DNA of 64,000 bases from Octopus sinensis (GCF_006345805.1 NC_043018.1:7192001-7256000); one strand, 5' to 3'; positions 1-12,751 are shown, numbered from the stretch's first letter. Numbers and translations: made by a program. Notes: generated from the sequence alone by a model not told the origin.

Positions 1-242
1 GTATGCATATATATATATATGTATATATATACACACACACACACATATATATATATCCTGTTTCTGTATCACTGAGGAAGGTTCTGATATCTCTAAATAA
101 ATAGATAGATGAATAAATAAATAAACTGTTTGTTGGAAGCACTTTAGTGATTGAACTTCTTAGATATTTCATTGTGGATTTAATTTTGAAAGAAGTGTGG
201 CATGTACGAGTTTGGAACCAAGTGCTATTTGGCAGCGTGTAT

Positions 243-347
243 GGTAGTAGTGGTGGTGGTGGTGGTGGTGGTGGTGGTGGTGGTGGTGGTGGTGGTGGTG
301 GTGGTGGTGGTGGTGGTGGTGGTGGTGGTGGTGGTGGTGGTAGTGGT
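243..347 (+). repeat. (GGT)n microsatellite
   Basis: Direct reading; explains the poly-G/H/T ORFs. Confidence 0.97.
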
Positions 348-616
348 GTGATAACACTCAGTTAAAGTATCATCTATGAACGTCAGTTTTATGCTGTCTG
401 CTATTGATTCTACCAATATATGAAGATATAGCCTGCAGCAGGCTTATTCTTCAGTCTAGATCTAAAACTAGATCTAAATGTATAGATTTTTTTTGTTTTT
501 GTGGTTTTTTAAAATTATTTTTATTTTTCAACTTCAAAAAGTTCAAAAAGGTCATTATCTCAAAGGTCCTCTTCAGAGGCAGCGGACAAAAAAAAAAGAA
601 AAAGCACTAATTTAGG

Positions 617-653
<37 letters not shown>

Positions 654-1974
654 TATAAAGAAACAAAAATCCTGAAGAATCTCAACAGATCCTTTTAGCC
701 GTTAACAAGATTCAAACTGGTGTGATGCAAAAGTAGGAATCAGTCTTGGAAATATAATATTGTTTCATTAAAACATAGAACTGCTGTTACTAAATGATAG
801 CCACTTATTCCTATGACCTCGAGGAATATAAGCCCTCGACAGAGGATAGGAAAGCCTTCTATTTTCTGTTGAGGGCTTACATGCCCCACTATTAAACTAT
901 TTTCTTTAATCATTGCACAGTGATCACCATGAGCTTTAAGCTTATATACATACATACATGCATACACATATACATACATACATACAAATAGATACATATA
1001 TATAAATATATATACATAAATATATATACATATACATATGTATATATAAAAATTTGCTAAATCCTTTTTGTTCATCCTCTCGCCTTTCACCAGTGCTAAA
1101 GGAGTGCACAATGTGTGTGGTTTTAGAGTCATTTTGACTTCTATTTCTCGCATATTGGTGCTGTTCTCAGTACCCTTAATTATAATTATAATTATATATC
1201 CATATTAGTAGAGGCTGCACCAAAACCTCTTAAAGACAAGTGAGGATCATTAGCTGGCACAATCATTTGCATGCCAGACAAAATGCTTAGCAGCATTTTA
1301 TCTGTGCCTGCATTCTAAGTTCAGATTCCACCAAGGTTGACTTTGTCTCTCATCCTTTCAGGGTGGATGAATTAGGTATCAGTAAAACATTGGGGTCAAT
1401 GTAATTGACTAGTCCCCTCCCCCGAAATTTCAGGCCTTGTGCCTTTAGCAGAAAGGATTATTACTATTATCATTATTACCAAGGTGGCAAGCTGGCAGAA
1501 CACAAATACATAAACACACACACACACACATATATATACGACAGGCTTCTTTCAGTTTCCATCTACCGAATCCACTCACAAGGCTTTGGTCGGCCTGAGG
1601 CTATAGTAGAAGACACTCGCCCAAGGTGCCACACAGTGGGACTGAACCCGGAACCATGTGGTTGGTAAGCAAGCTACTTACCACACAGCCACTCCTGCAC
1701 CTATTTGCATACATACATACATACATACTTGGCAACATTTCATCCATGTCTACATTCTGAGTTCAAAATTACGCCAAGGTCGACTTTGCCTTTCATCCTT
1801 TCAGGGTCAATGAATTAAGTGTAAAATGGATTATATTTATTGAGGGAAGCCTGTTCAGGGCCATTGGAGGGAAAGCTTGAGAGCCATAAGCAGCCCTGAA
1901 AGCTGCAACTGAGAAACATTGATATACACTGTGGCTCAGGAGGGAAGGAAAAACACAGCAAAACTGAGGTTCCA

Positions 1975-2320
1975 GGTTCAGTCCCACTGTGTGGCACAAT
2001 AGCTTCAAGCCAATCATAGCTTTGTGAGTGGATTTGGTAGATGGAAACTGAAACAAGCCCATTGTATGTGTGTGTGTGTGTTTGTGTGTATTTATGTGTG
2101 TTTGTCTTTGTGTCTGTGTTTGTCCCCCACCACCCATTACTTGACAACAGACGTTGGTGTGTTTACATCCCCATACCTTAGTGCTTTGGCGAAAGCAGCC
2201 TATAGAATATGTCCTGGGGTCTTACAAAGAATAAGGTCCTGGGGTCGATGTCTTTGACTAAAACCCTTTAAGGCAATGCTTCAGCATGGCCACAATCAAA
2301 TGACTGAAACAAGTAAAAGA
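1975..2320 (+). mobile_element. SINE family B (tRNA-like head, central CA/TG tract, AAAAGAGT-type tail), 5'-truncated
   Basis: Matches many other copies in the window (GTGAGTGGATTTGGTAGATGGAAACTGAA ... GTCAAATGACTGAAACAAGTAAAAGA). Confidence 0.85.
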
Positions 2321-2976
2321 ATAAAAGAAAGAAAACTCATGTGCTGTGTCAGTGTCTTCAGATTTGCAAAGAAGCAGATGAGAGATATGAAGAATAAAAA
2401 AGAATTCCTTGTAAGAAATGGCAAACATCTAACTTGGAACATCAAAAACAACCACAATGTAAATGCTGCTGACGAAGTTGTAATTATAATGGTTTATGAA
2501 TGGCATGAGTGATGTAACATTGCAATCTGTGGATCATACTTAATGTAGATACACCATGGGAAACCAAATTAACTGCAGTATTTATCCTGAGACTGTACAT
2601 CTATAAGAGATTTTATCTCGGGGATGAATACCATACTTAAGTCAGCTTTCTGTGACGTATCTGCATTGAGTATGATACACAAATTGCAAATTTACTCTAA
2701 TGTTATTTCTGTTGAAACAGTATTAGTTTAGGAAGTAGAAATTTCCACTTTAAGAAGTGGAAATTTGGAATGAAATACTGAAACTAACAGAGCCTTTGAT
2801 TCATTGCAACATTCTCTCATCTAATAAAATTGCCAGGATAGGAGGTATTTGATAGTTGATCGATCCAGGGACAAGAAATCAATTGATTAATCAGGACAAG
2901 AAGCTAATAGATCAATCTATTACACAGACTTCTGTTACTATTATTTCATGATATATCGTCAATTTTACTGAGTTTT

Positions 2977-3042
2977 TCAATTCAAGGAAGCACCCAACCA
3001 GTTGGCGACATTTGCCAAAATTGGAACAGAAAGGCTGAGCTT
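2977..3042 (-). CDS. Probable terminal coding exon: KLSLSVPILANVANWLGASLN*
   Basis: Pyrimidine-rich tract + AG, phase 0 matches the preceding exon, ends in TGA; short and unverified. Confidence 0.4.
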   Translation of the reverse strand, partial: KLSLSVPILANVANWLGASLN

Positions 3043-4287
3043 CTTACAAAGAAATCAAGAAATTTAGGGTGGTATATAGTAGTGGTACTTTACATGCTGA
3101 GTTCAAATCTTGTTGAGATTCCCTTTGCCTTTCAACCTTCCAGGGGTTGATAAAATAAATATCAGTGAAGAACTGGGATTGAAATAATCAGATGTCCCCT
3201 TTGCAAAAACAATTCATAGGTGCCGGTATGACTGTGTGTTAAGAAGTTTGCTTCCCAACCACATGGTTCTGGGTTCACATGCCGGGCAAGTGTCTTCCAC
3301 TATAGCTTCAGGCTGACCAAAACCTCGTGAGTGGATTTGGTAGATGGAAACTGAAAGAAGCTCATCATGTGGGAGGGGTGGGGAGAAAGTAAGACTGTAT
3401 TTGTGCTTGTCTTCCACCACTACTTGACAACCATCCTTGGTTTGTTTACATCCCTGTAACTTAGCAGTTTGGCAAAAGAGAGCAATAAAATAAGTACCAG
3501 AGTCAATTTGTTCAATTAAACCCTTCAGTGCCCCAGCATGGTCACAATCCAATGACTAAAATGAGTAAAAGATAAAAGATTCCAGTTTCTGTGAGAAATC
3601 ATTGTTTATTAATATGAACAAGGCAACGAGTTGGCAGAATCGTTAGCATTGCCAGACAAAATTCTGAGCCACATTTGATCCATCTTTACAATCTGACTTC
3701 AAATTTTGCGAAGGTCAACTTTGCCTCTCATCCTTGGAGGTCAATAAAATAAATATCAGTCAAACACTAGGGTCCATATAATCAATTTACACCTGCGCCC
3801 CCACCCCCCAATGCTGGCCTTGTACCAAAATTCGAAGTTAATACTATTATTACCTTAAGACAGTGAGCTGGCAGAATGGTTAGCATGCCAGGAAAGATTC
3901 TCAATGGCATATCATCTGTCTTTGTGTTCTGAGCTCAAATCCACCTGAGGTCAATTCTGCCTTTTATCCTTTTGGGGTTGATAAAAATTAGCACAAGTAT
4001 TGGGGTAGATTTAATCAACGTATACTGTCCCCTTAAATTGCTGGCCATGTGTCAAAATTTGAAACCAGTACCATTATTATCACAAGACGATGAACAGGCA
4101 GAATCATTGTCATTTCATTTGGTTTTATATTCTGAGTTCAAATTCTACCATGGTCGACTTTACCTTCCAGCCTTTCGGGGACAATAGAATTAGTACCAAT
4201 TAAGCATTGGGGTTGATTTAATTAACTTACCCTATCTCCTAAAATTGCTGGCCTTGTGCCAAAATTTGAAAACGTTTTTATTATTAC

Positions 4288-4523
4288 CTCTATAACTTCG
4301 GGCAATGCCACCCAACGAAGAAATCCTCTCCTGATTTGATTGTCTGCTGTCGATATTTGTTTCTGAAGAACTGTCACAATTTCATTATCTTTCCATTCAT
4401 TTTCTTCCATTTCTTCTGACCAAAGTTTGGAAGATATTGGATATATCACCTGAAGGTGTTTCTTGAAAACAGACTGGGACTGCCTGGCAATTATTTCAGA
4501 CTGGTGATGTTCCAACGGACAAC
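4288..4523 (-). CDS. Internal coding exon of the host gene (236 nt): GCPLEHHQSEIIARQSQSVFKKHLQVIYPISSKLWSEEMEENEWKDNEIVTVLQKQISTADNQIRRGFLRWVALPEVIE
   Basis: TTTTTTTATAG acceptor, GTAATA donor, non-repetitive protein-like sequence, phase matches the 6508-6365 exon (G+GT=Gly). Confidence 0.8.
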
Positions 4524-4731
4524 CTATAAAAAAACGGTTTTACTACAAATGGATGTTTGCATCTATATGTGTGAGTGAGTGAGTGAGTAAGTATCTACAC
4601 ACACACACATACACACACACACACACACACATACATACACACACACGCACACATACACACATACATACGCACACACACATACACACGCATACACACACAC
4701 GCATGCATACACACATACACACACACATACA

Positions 4732-4769
<38 letters not shown>

Positions 4770-5061
4770 TTGTTCTTTTGGCAAATCAGATAGGTCACGC
4801 ATTTGAACTTATTTAAATAAGAATATCTGGAAAAAGAAAACAAATAAGTAGGAGGGCTATATGATGAAATTCAAGACAAACATAAAACATATGAACACAG
4901 GCGCAGGCCTGGCTGTGTGGTTAGAAGCTTGCTTTCCACCCACATGATACCAGGTTCAGTCTCACTGCATGGCACCTTGGGCAAGTGTTTGTACTATAGC
5001 CTCAGGCTGACCAAAAGCTTCTTAGTGGATTTGGAAGACAGAAAGTGAAAGAAGCCCAAGA

Positions 5062-5292
5062 TGGCGAGCTGGCAGAAACGTTAGAGCGCCAGGTGAAACG
5101 CTTAGCGGTATTTCGTCTGTCTTTACATTCTGAGTTCAAATTCTACCAAGGCTGACTTTGCCTTTCATCCTTTCGGGGTTGATTAAATAAGTACCAGTTA
5201 TGCACTGGGGTCGATATAATCGACTTAATCCGTTTGTCTGTCCTTGTTTGTCCTCTCTGTGTTTAGCCCCTTGTGGGTAGTAAAGAAATAGG
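5062..5292 (+). mobile_element. SINE family A (tRNA-derived, ~230 bp)
   Basis: GGCGAGCTGGCAGAA A-box-like head, GAGTTCAAATT B-box, more than 15 copies in the window. Confidence 0.9.
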
Positions 5293-5559
5293 TATTTCGT
5301 CTGTCTTCACATTCTGAGTTCAAATTCTACCAAGGTTGATTTTGCTGTTCATCCTTTCAGGGTCAATAGATTCAGGATAAATATGATGGTATTTTGTCTC
5401 ATTTTCTTTTTTTTTTTTTTTTTTTCAAGAACTGCTTGATGTATTGGTGAACAGTCAACAACGTTCAGAAAAAGAGTTAGCTGACAAGATGGGCTGGAAG
5501 TCATCTGAGTATTGGAAAAAGAGTAACCTATACCATGATAATTCATGCCGAGTATCTAA

Positions 5560-5945
5560 AAACATCACAACTGTGGTTCAATGCTCAAAATGTGAACATT
5601 TTAAAGGCTGTAAGATGTGAATGGACATCATGAAAACCAAATTGTCATGGTCTTTGGGTGTATTTCCAGTTGGGGTGACATGTCACCTCACACCTCTGAA
5701 CTGGGCCTTAGGCTCAGTTCAGATGGCTGTGTGAAGCTGTTGGTGATTGTGGTGAAATCCTGGCTGGAGAGGGTTGTTGTTGGAAGGTCATATGTGTTGC
5801 AGCAGTATTCAGCTCCTTGCTATAACTCTGGTAAGAATCAGAAGTGGTTGTCAGAGAATTTCTATGACTACACCAGCCCCTATTCCTGGCCTCCACATTA
5901 TCCTGATTTTAATCCCAGGGATTATTATGGACAGGGCGCAGTTGG
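5560..5945 (+). mobile_element. Degenerate Tc1/mariner-superfamily (maT/DD37D-like) transposase fragment
   Basis: ORF 5617-6024: VMVFGCISS.G, QQxSAPCY, WPPHYPDFNPRDYY resemble the VMVWG / QQDxAPxH / WPPNSPDLNPLDY motifs. Confidence 0.8.
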
Positions 5946-5963
5946 GAAAAACACCAACCACTC

Positions 5964-6187
5964 TACCTATTTCTTTACTATCCACAAGGGGCTAAACACA
6001 GAGAGGACAAACAAGGACAGATAAACGGATTAAGTCGATTATATCGACCCCAGTGCGTAACTGGTACTTATTTAATCAACCCCGAAAGGATAAAAGTCAA
6101 AGTCAACCTCAGCGGAATTTGAACTCAGAACGTAGCGGCAGACGAAATACGGCTAAGCATGCTAACGTTTCTGCCAGTTCGCCACCT
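5964..6187 (-). mobile_element. SINE family A
   Basis: Reverse complement of the 5062-5292 copy. Confidence 0.9.
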
Positions 6188-6364
6188 TCAACTTGGGACA
6201 CCAAGGCTGAGCTAGTGGCGAAGATCACCAGGGCTGAGCTGGTGTTTGAAGATCTTCCCTGGGGCACAGCAAAGGAGAGGGGTGAGATGGTGAGCAGAGA
6301 GGAGGAAGGGAACAGAGGAGAGGAGGAGGAAGAAGAGGAATGAATGAACAAGGTGTTTACATAC

Positions 6365-6508
6365 CAGAGAGGAGCTCAACTTGAAAAGGATTGGTTGGGT
6401 GCAGAACAGTTTGTCTCAAGTGTGGATTCAGGATGTGCTTCAATGATTTCATTTCTGTGTCCACACTTGGTTTCACAGGAATCTTTAAGGCACTTTCATT
6501 GACAAGCT
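6365..6508 (-). CDS. Internal coding exon of an unidentified host gene (144 nt, phase 1-1): (E)LVNESALKIPVKPSVDTEMKSLKHILNPHLRQTVLHPTNPFQVELLS(G)
   Basis: Poly-T tract + CAG acceptor, GTATGT donor, only one open frame, joins in frame to the exon at 4523-4288. Confidence 0.8.
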
Positions 6509-6780
6509 CTGAAAAAAAAACAAAAAAAAAACAATGGCAGAATTGTTAAAATGCTGAGCAAAATGGTTAGAAGCATTTCATCCATTTTTACATTCTGAGT
6601 ACAAATTCCACCAAGGTTGACTTTGCCTTTCATCCCTTCAGGGTCTATAAAATATGTACTAGTTGAGCACTAGTCTCCTGCCCTCAAATTTCAGACCTTA
6701 TGCTTATAGAAAAAAGGAATATTATTATCATTATTATTATTATTATATTATTATTATTATTATTATTATCATTATTGTTA

Positions 6781-6997
6781 GGTGGTAAGCTGGCAGAATC
6801 ATTAGCATGCCATGCAAAATGCTTAGTGGCATTTTGTTCATCTTTATGTCCTGAGTTCAAATTCCGTCAAGGTCAGCTTTACCTTTCATCCTTTCAGGGT
6901 CGATAAAATAAGTATCAGTTGAGCTCTGGGGTCAATGTGATTGACCTAAAAATTGTGCCTATGGTAGGCCTATTGTTTTTGTTATTATTATTATTAT

Positions 6998-7032
<35 letters not shown>

Positions 7033-7285
7033 TTGTTAGTAGTAGTAGTAGTAGTAGTTGTTGTTGTTGTTGTAAGGCGGTGAGCTGGCAGAATCGTTAG
7101 CACACCTGGCAAAATGCTTAGCAGCATGTCATCTATCTTTACATCCTGGGTTCAAATACCACCAAGGTCAACTTTGCCTTTCATCTTTCCAAGGTCAATG
7201 ACATAAGTACCAGTTGAATCCTAGGAGTCGATTTCATCGACTTAGACCCTCCCTTGAATTGCTGGCCTTGTGCCAAAACTTGAAA
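6781..7285 (+). mobile_element. Two SINE family A copies (6781-6955, 7075-7285) separated by (TAG/TTG)n
   Basis: Head and B-box motifs. Confidence 0.8.
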
Positions 7286-7795
7286 GCATCAGCAGTAGTA
7301 GTAGTAATAGTAGTATTTCTATGTTTGTTTTGTTATTAACATTCGACAAAAACATTGAACTTGTTTGCAAAAGAATTTTCAACTTGGGTCTGCAACCCCT
7401 AAGCAAATTCCATTCCCTCACTTTTGTGGCCTTCTGCCAGAACTTGGAAACATTATTAGTGTTGTATGTCCTCCCCACCCCATTATAATTTGTCCTTGTA
7501 ATGTACTCTAACCGTCGCCCTCCTAGCTATAAAAGACATCGACATTATCATTATATAGAAAGTAATTGCGTATTTCGCTCCTATAAATTACAATTAAGGT
7601 ATGATGATGTTTGAAATGAGAGAAAATGATGTATGGACTGTTTATTTCATCTAGGTTATCATCTCTTCTATCTAGTAGTATATCATTTATAGCGAACAGT
7701 AAAGTTTTGACCACACGAAAATAATAAAGCCTTTAACCCCTTCCCAGTCTAAATCATTTTCATAAGTTTGTCCTACTAATAATAAATCATAATTA

Positions 7796-8173
7796 GCACT
7801 CCGTCGGTTACGACGACGAGGGTTCTGGTTGATCCGATTCAATGGAACAGCCTGCTTGTGAAATTAACGTGTAAGTGGCTGAGCACTCCACAGACACGTG
7901 TACCCTTAACGTAGTTCTCGGGGAGATTCAGCATGACACAGAGGGTGACTAGGCTGGCCCTTTGAAATACAGGTACAACAGAAACAGGAAGTAAGAGTGA
8001 GAGAAAGTTGTGGTGAAAGAGTACAGCAGGGATCACCACCATCCCCTGCCAGAGCCTCGTGGAGCTTTAGGTGTTTTCGCTCAATAAACACTAACAACGC
8101 CCGGTCTGGGAATCGAAACCGCGATCCTATGACCGCAAGTCCGCTGCCCTAACCACTGGGCCATTGCGCCTCC
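7796..8173 (-). mobile_element. SINE family C (tRNA-like head, conserved central domain), near full length
   Basis: Reverse complement of the 60581-60957 copy; GGAGGCGCAATGGCCCAGTGGTTAGGGCAG head. Confidence 0.9.
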
Positions 8174-8411
8174 ACAGTTTGTCCTACACATTCACGACTC
8201 TCTTTTACTCTTTTACTTGTTTCAGTCATTTGACTGGGGCCATGCTGGAGCACCGCCTTTAATCGAGCAACTCGACCCTGGGACTTATTCTTTTGTAAGC
8301 CCAGTACTTATTCTATCGGTCGACTGTTTGCAGACTTCTAGTCAGCTCTTGTTTAATACATTCTGCATAATACAAAGCCTTCCTTTCATAGGTTCAAAAT
8401 TACTCTGGTGG

Positions 8412-8802
8412 CACTGGTGTAGCTAGAGCGGGGTGCAATAGGGGTGGTCTGCCCCGGGTGGCACTTTTAACCCTTTCGTTACTGTATTTATTTTGAGATG
8501 CTCTGTGCTTCTTTCAATTACTTTAAATATAACAAAGAATTTAGTAAAATAACTTAGTTATCATTCAGCTAGTGTTAAGAACATAAATTGTGACTAAGGT
8601 TTGGTGGAAGATTTTAATTCAAAACTTATGAAAACAGGACATTTGTACTGAGAGCCAGAGCCAGTTTCAGCCGGGTTGGTAATGAAAGGGTTAAAGGGGC
8701 ACCACTTTTGGGTCTGCTGTAGGCAATATGTGTTTTTCGTGGGGTCCAGAGTGGCAAATGGAAGGGCCAACCTGGGCGGCACACACTCTAGCTATGCTAG
8801 TG
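8412..8802. mobile_element. hAT-like MITE with 8-bp TSD, interrupted by a piggyBac-like MITE
   Basis: Imperfect TIRs CACTGGTGTAGCTAGAG / CTCTAGCTATGCTAGTG; TCTGGTGG duplicated at 8404-8411 and 8803-8810. Confidence 0.8.
8467..8694. mobile_element. piggyBac-like MITE
   Basis: TTAA at both ends; TIRs CCCTTTCGTTAC / GTAATGAAAGGG. Confidence 0.85.
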
Positions 8803-8809
8803 TCTGGTG

Positions 8810-9375
8810 GTTGTAAAAAAATGGGTATGTTTATCATATATGACACAGACACCAGGGATTATGTCCTGTGTATCAGATGTAATTCATAGCAGAGGCAAAA
8901 GGTTAAACAAAAGTTGAGGTAGTTCACTCTTGACATTTTTCTGCCCAAAGCATTTTCACAATGTTTGTCCTAAACGTACATGACTGTTTGCAGACTTTTA
9001 GTCAGCCCTTGTTTAATATATTCTGAGTAATGCAAAGCTTTCCTTTCATAAATCCTAAGTTACTCGAGTGGTTGGAAAAATGGGCATGTTTATCATATAT
9101 GTTGTAGAGATGCCAGGAATTATTTCTTGCATATCAGATATGATTCACAGAAAAGGTAAAGAATTAAACTAAAACTGAGGCCATCCACTCTTAACCTTTT
9201 CTCTGCCCAAAGCATTTTCACAAGTTTATCCTAAATGTCCATGCTTGTTTTTAGATTTTTAAGTTAGTCCATCTTTCATATGGTCTGAGCAAAATAAAGT
9301 TTTCCCTTCATAAGTCCCAAGGCATGGAAGTATACCTTGTGTATCACATATGAAACACAAAGCAGGCAAAGGGTT
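8810..9375 (+). repeat. Degenerate ~260 bp tandem repeat (about 2 units, plus a related segment at 8330-8410)
   Basis: ATGGGYATGTTTATCATATATG at ~8820 and ~9080; CTGCCCAAAGCATTTTCACAA at ~8940 and ~9205. Confidence 0.7.
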
Positions 9376-10024
9376 AAATATCAACGCATGCATTATTGTT
9401 TATGGTATGAATTTCGAAAGGATAAAATTGTGAAATCTTGGGAGGGTCATCATACCAATAAGAAGCACATACACTGGTTCTGTTTCACTTTCTTCTATTA
9501 TTATTATTATTATTATTAGTCAACTAGTTAATCATTTAATCCATTAACTAATTAATTGCTGAGATCTGAGCTAGACATGGAGTAAAGAAGGCATTTCAAT
9601 GACAGGATCACGAATAGTGATGAAAGGACTTTGATAAACCTTGTTGACTGACTAATTGACAGAACTATGAATCAAACAATCGATTGGCTAATTCTTTAAA
9701 TGGTTTCCTAGTTGATTAATAATAAATAAAGGATGTGCAATAAAACCATTGTGTGTGTTTATTATTTGTGTAATGACCCTCCCAAAACAGTGACGTAATT
9801 AGAGTACATGTAGCCCAGGACAGCCCTCAAATATGCTGCACCTCCTCTCTGGGCCATCAGGCTTATATAGACTTACATATTTGACCCCAAATTACCACCC
9901 TATAAAAGGTAGGACCCCAATTGTCCCGAGATACAACAGGTTTAGTTTTAATGTGTGGTACTTAGGACAAGTGTCTTTCACTATAGTCCCTGACTGACCA
10001 ATGCCTTGGGAGTGGATTTTGTCA

Positions 10025-10109
10025 GCCTGCACAGCTCAGTGACTAGAATATTAGATTTTTATGAATTGATGGAATCTGAGAGACGCTGGTTCAAGTCCTT
10101 CTACGGACG
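10025..10109 (+). pseudogene. tRNA-Lys(TTT)-like pseudogene or SINE head with a 12-nt insert after position 37
   Basis: By-eye alignment to the metazoan tRNA-Lys(UUU) sequence as recalled gives ~54/73 identities; anticodon stem TTAGA/TCTGA, GGTTCAAGTCC T-loop; acceptor and T stems are degenerate. Confidence 0.6.
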
Positions 10110-10496
10110 ATTATAATTTTAATGGTGGTGCTCTAGTATAACCACAGCCTCAGGCTAAAACTAACAACAAATGTTTTCCAATTTCTCTTGGTATGAAGCT
10201 GCAATGTTATGAATTTCACCTTTGAAACATTTATTATTAAACATTGTGCAACCATTGAAATTCTTGGTATATTTTGAATATTCCAATATTGGCAGCTAAC
10301 ATAGGTTGTCTGGTCATTGTTTAATTAATTAATTAACTAATCAACTGATTTGTTGGTTTTGTATGAAACTCATATTTACAGTGTATTTTCTATAAAAGGT
10401 GATATCACTTTGTATGTATATATGTATGTAACTATGTATGTATGTATGTATGTATGTATGTATGTATGTATGTATGTATGTATGTATGTATGTATA

Positions 10497-10711
10497 GGCG
10501 GCGAGCTGGCAGACACGTTAGTATGCCGGATGAAATGCTTAGTGGTATTCTGTCTATCGTTACGTTCTGAGTTCAAATTCCGCCGAGGTCGACTTTGCCG
10601 TTCATTCTTTCAGGGTCGATAAATTAAGTACCAGTTATGCACTGGGGTCGATGTAATTGACTTAATCCCTTTGTCTGTCCTCGTTTAGCCCCTTGTGAGC
10701 AATAAAGAAAT
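10497..10711 (+). mobile_element. SINE family A
   Basis: Full head-to-tail match to other copies. Confidence 0.9.
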
Positions 10712-10828
10712 GTATGTATGTATGTATATCTGTATGTATGTGTGAGTATGTACACATGTATGTATATATGCATGTACTTGTGCATATGTCTATATCTATG
10801 TATTTATGTATGTATGTATGTGTGAGTG

Positions 10829-10870
<42 letters not shown>

Positions 10871-11795
10871 CACCCAAGCATCGGCACAAATTATCATCTA
10901 AAAGGAAATTACGACCAAAACAGAAGAATTAACTGAACTTGAATTGCTTTATCAGTCTCTGGAGAGACTTTCAACGATAAAGGCATAATAAGAATTGGCG
11001 ACAATCTGTGAGACTTATTCAGGTGTGAAGAAAACAAGCAGATACAAACACAACTACAAAAAAAAAAAAAAAAATTACGTACTTAGCAATAATCTTAATC
11101 TTGCTATATAGGATCAAAAACGGAAAAGCACAACAATAAAACTGTAATATGTCAAAGCGATAAGAGCTGAGTTATTATGAACTAAGACGAATACATTTTT
11201 AAAAAATCAACAATATGCAATGCAATGATAACAGTCAATTTGTCTGTATTAAGAACAAGGATGCTGTACAACTAAAAATTAAACCAGATAAGTAAATTAC
11301 ATCTGTTAACGCACAAATAGGATCTGTTCCTGTTCAATACACAAGAGAGTTTGATCTAGAATATATCTATGGTACAATAAAAACTCACAAACAGAAAAAC
11401 ACCTTTCCGCCAAGCTATAATCTTTCAAATTACACTCCAGCTCAGAGAATTGCTGAATAGCTTGATGGTATCGTAAAGAAACATATTGCAAGAGGACTAA
11501 AGTCCAAAGTGATTGGATAACTTTGAAGAAATTTGGTTAGGAACTGACAAAGTGGCAACATTTCTACAAAGGATGAAGAAAGCCTGGGCTTCTCTGTAAT
11601 GGAAACGATAAGCATAATGTATGGGGCTAGGTGTATAATACAGGCTTCGAATTTTGGCCCTAGGCCAGCAATTTTAGAGGAGGGGTAAGTTGATTACATT
11701 GACCCCAGCGCTCAGCTATACATTTGTATGCATATATATGAATGGGTGTCTGTCCGTATATCATCATCATCATCATAACCAAATATATATATATA

Positions 11796-11903
11796 CTTTA
11801 TTTAAAAGCAGCAGAAATTCAACGAAACCTGTTACTCGGAGTTTCACATTCCTGTTACTCTAAGTAACAGGTTTTGTTAAATTTCTGCTGCTTTTAAATA
11901 AAG
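11796..11903. repeat. Inverted repeat with 41-bp arms in a probable Penelope-like terminal fragment
   Basis: Arms 11796-11836 and 11863-11903; the same sequence also sits inside the SINE at ~20181-20230. Confidence 0.8.
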
Positions 11904-11973
11904 CATATTACTCTACCCCTGGTATTTGAGTACTCTTTTTTCCACCTTTTTTCACATTTATGTGTTTACTCCG

Positions 11974-12032
<59 letters not shown>

Positions 12033-12246
12033 GTTTATGGATTTGGTTTGCAAGATTCTTTATATGAGTTCGTGTGTTGAAGCATATTCTGTTGTGTCTG
12101 GGGAGAGTCATTTTCTTTTAGTGCCTTATTATGTAACACACTCACTGGTAAAATTTCCACTTATTTCTTATTTTTATTTTCCTAAAATTTTTGTTACGTC
12201 TTGCAACCTTTTCAATAGCCTTGACTCAAGCCTATATATATATATA

Positions 12247-12616
12247 GGCGCAGCATGGCTGTGTGGTAAGAAGCTTGCTTCCCAACCACATGGTTCCGAG
12301 TTCAGTCCCAGTGCGTTGCACCTTGGGCCAGTGTCTTTTACTTTTGCCTTGGGCCAACCAAAGATTTGCGAGTGGATTTCATAGACGGAAATTGAAAGAA
12401 GCCCATTGTATATATGTGTGTGTCTGTGTTTGTCTCCCCCCCCATTGCTTGACAACCGATGTTGGTGTGTTTACGTCCCCATAAATTAGTGGTTAAACAA
12501 AAGAGACCGATGGAATAAGTACTAGGTTTACAAAGAATAAGTCCTATGGTTGATTTGTTTGTCTTAAGGGGATGCTCCAGCATGCCCGCAGTCAAATGAC
12601 TACAACAAGTAAAAAG
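12247..12616 (+). mobile_element. SINE family B, full length
   Basis: GGCGCAGCATGGCTGTGTGGTAAG head through the ACAAGTAAAAAGA tail. Confidence 0.9.
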
Positions 12617-12751
12617 AATATATATATATATATAATATATATATATATATTATATATATAAATTAATAATAAAATATTAGGGAATAAATCCAAACTTACA
12701 GGGAAAAATCAGATTTAGGATTAAATCCAATTTTATAGTAAAATATTATAT

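Noticed and set aside
147-416. Poly-Gly/His/Thr ORFs
   Set aside because: Translations of the (GGT)n microsatellite
555-580. CTGAAGA-GGAC on the minus strand as a hammerhead
   Set aside because: No GTCC-GAAA partner downstream
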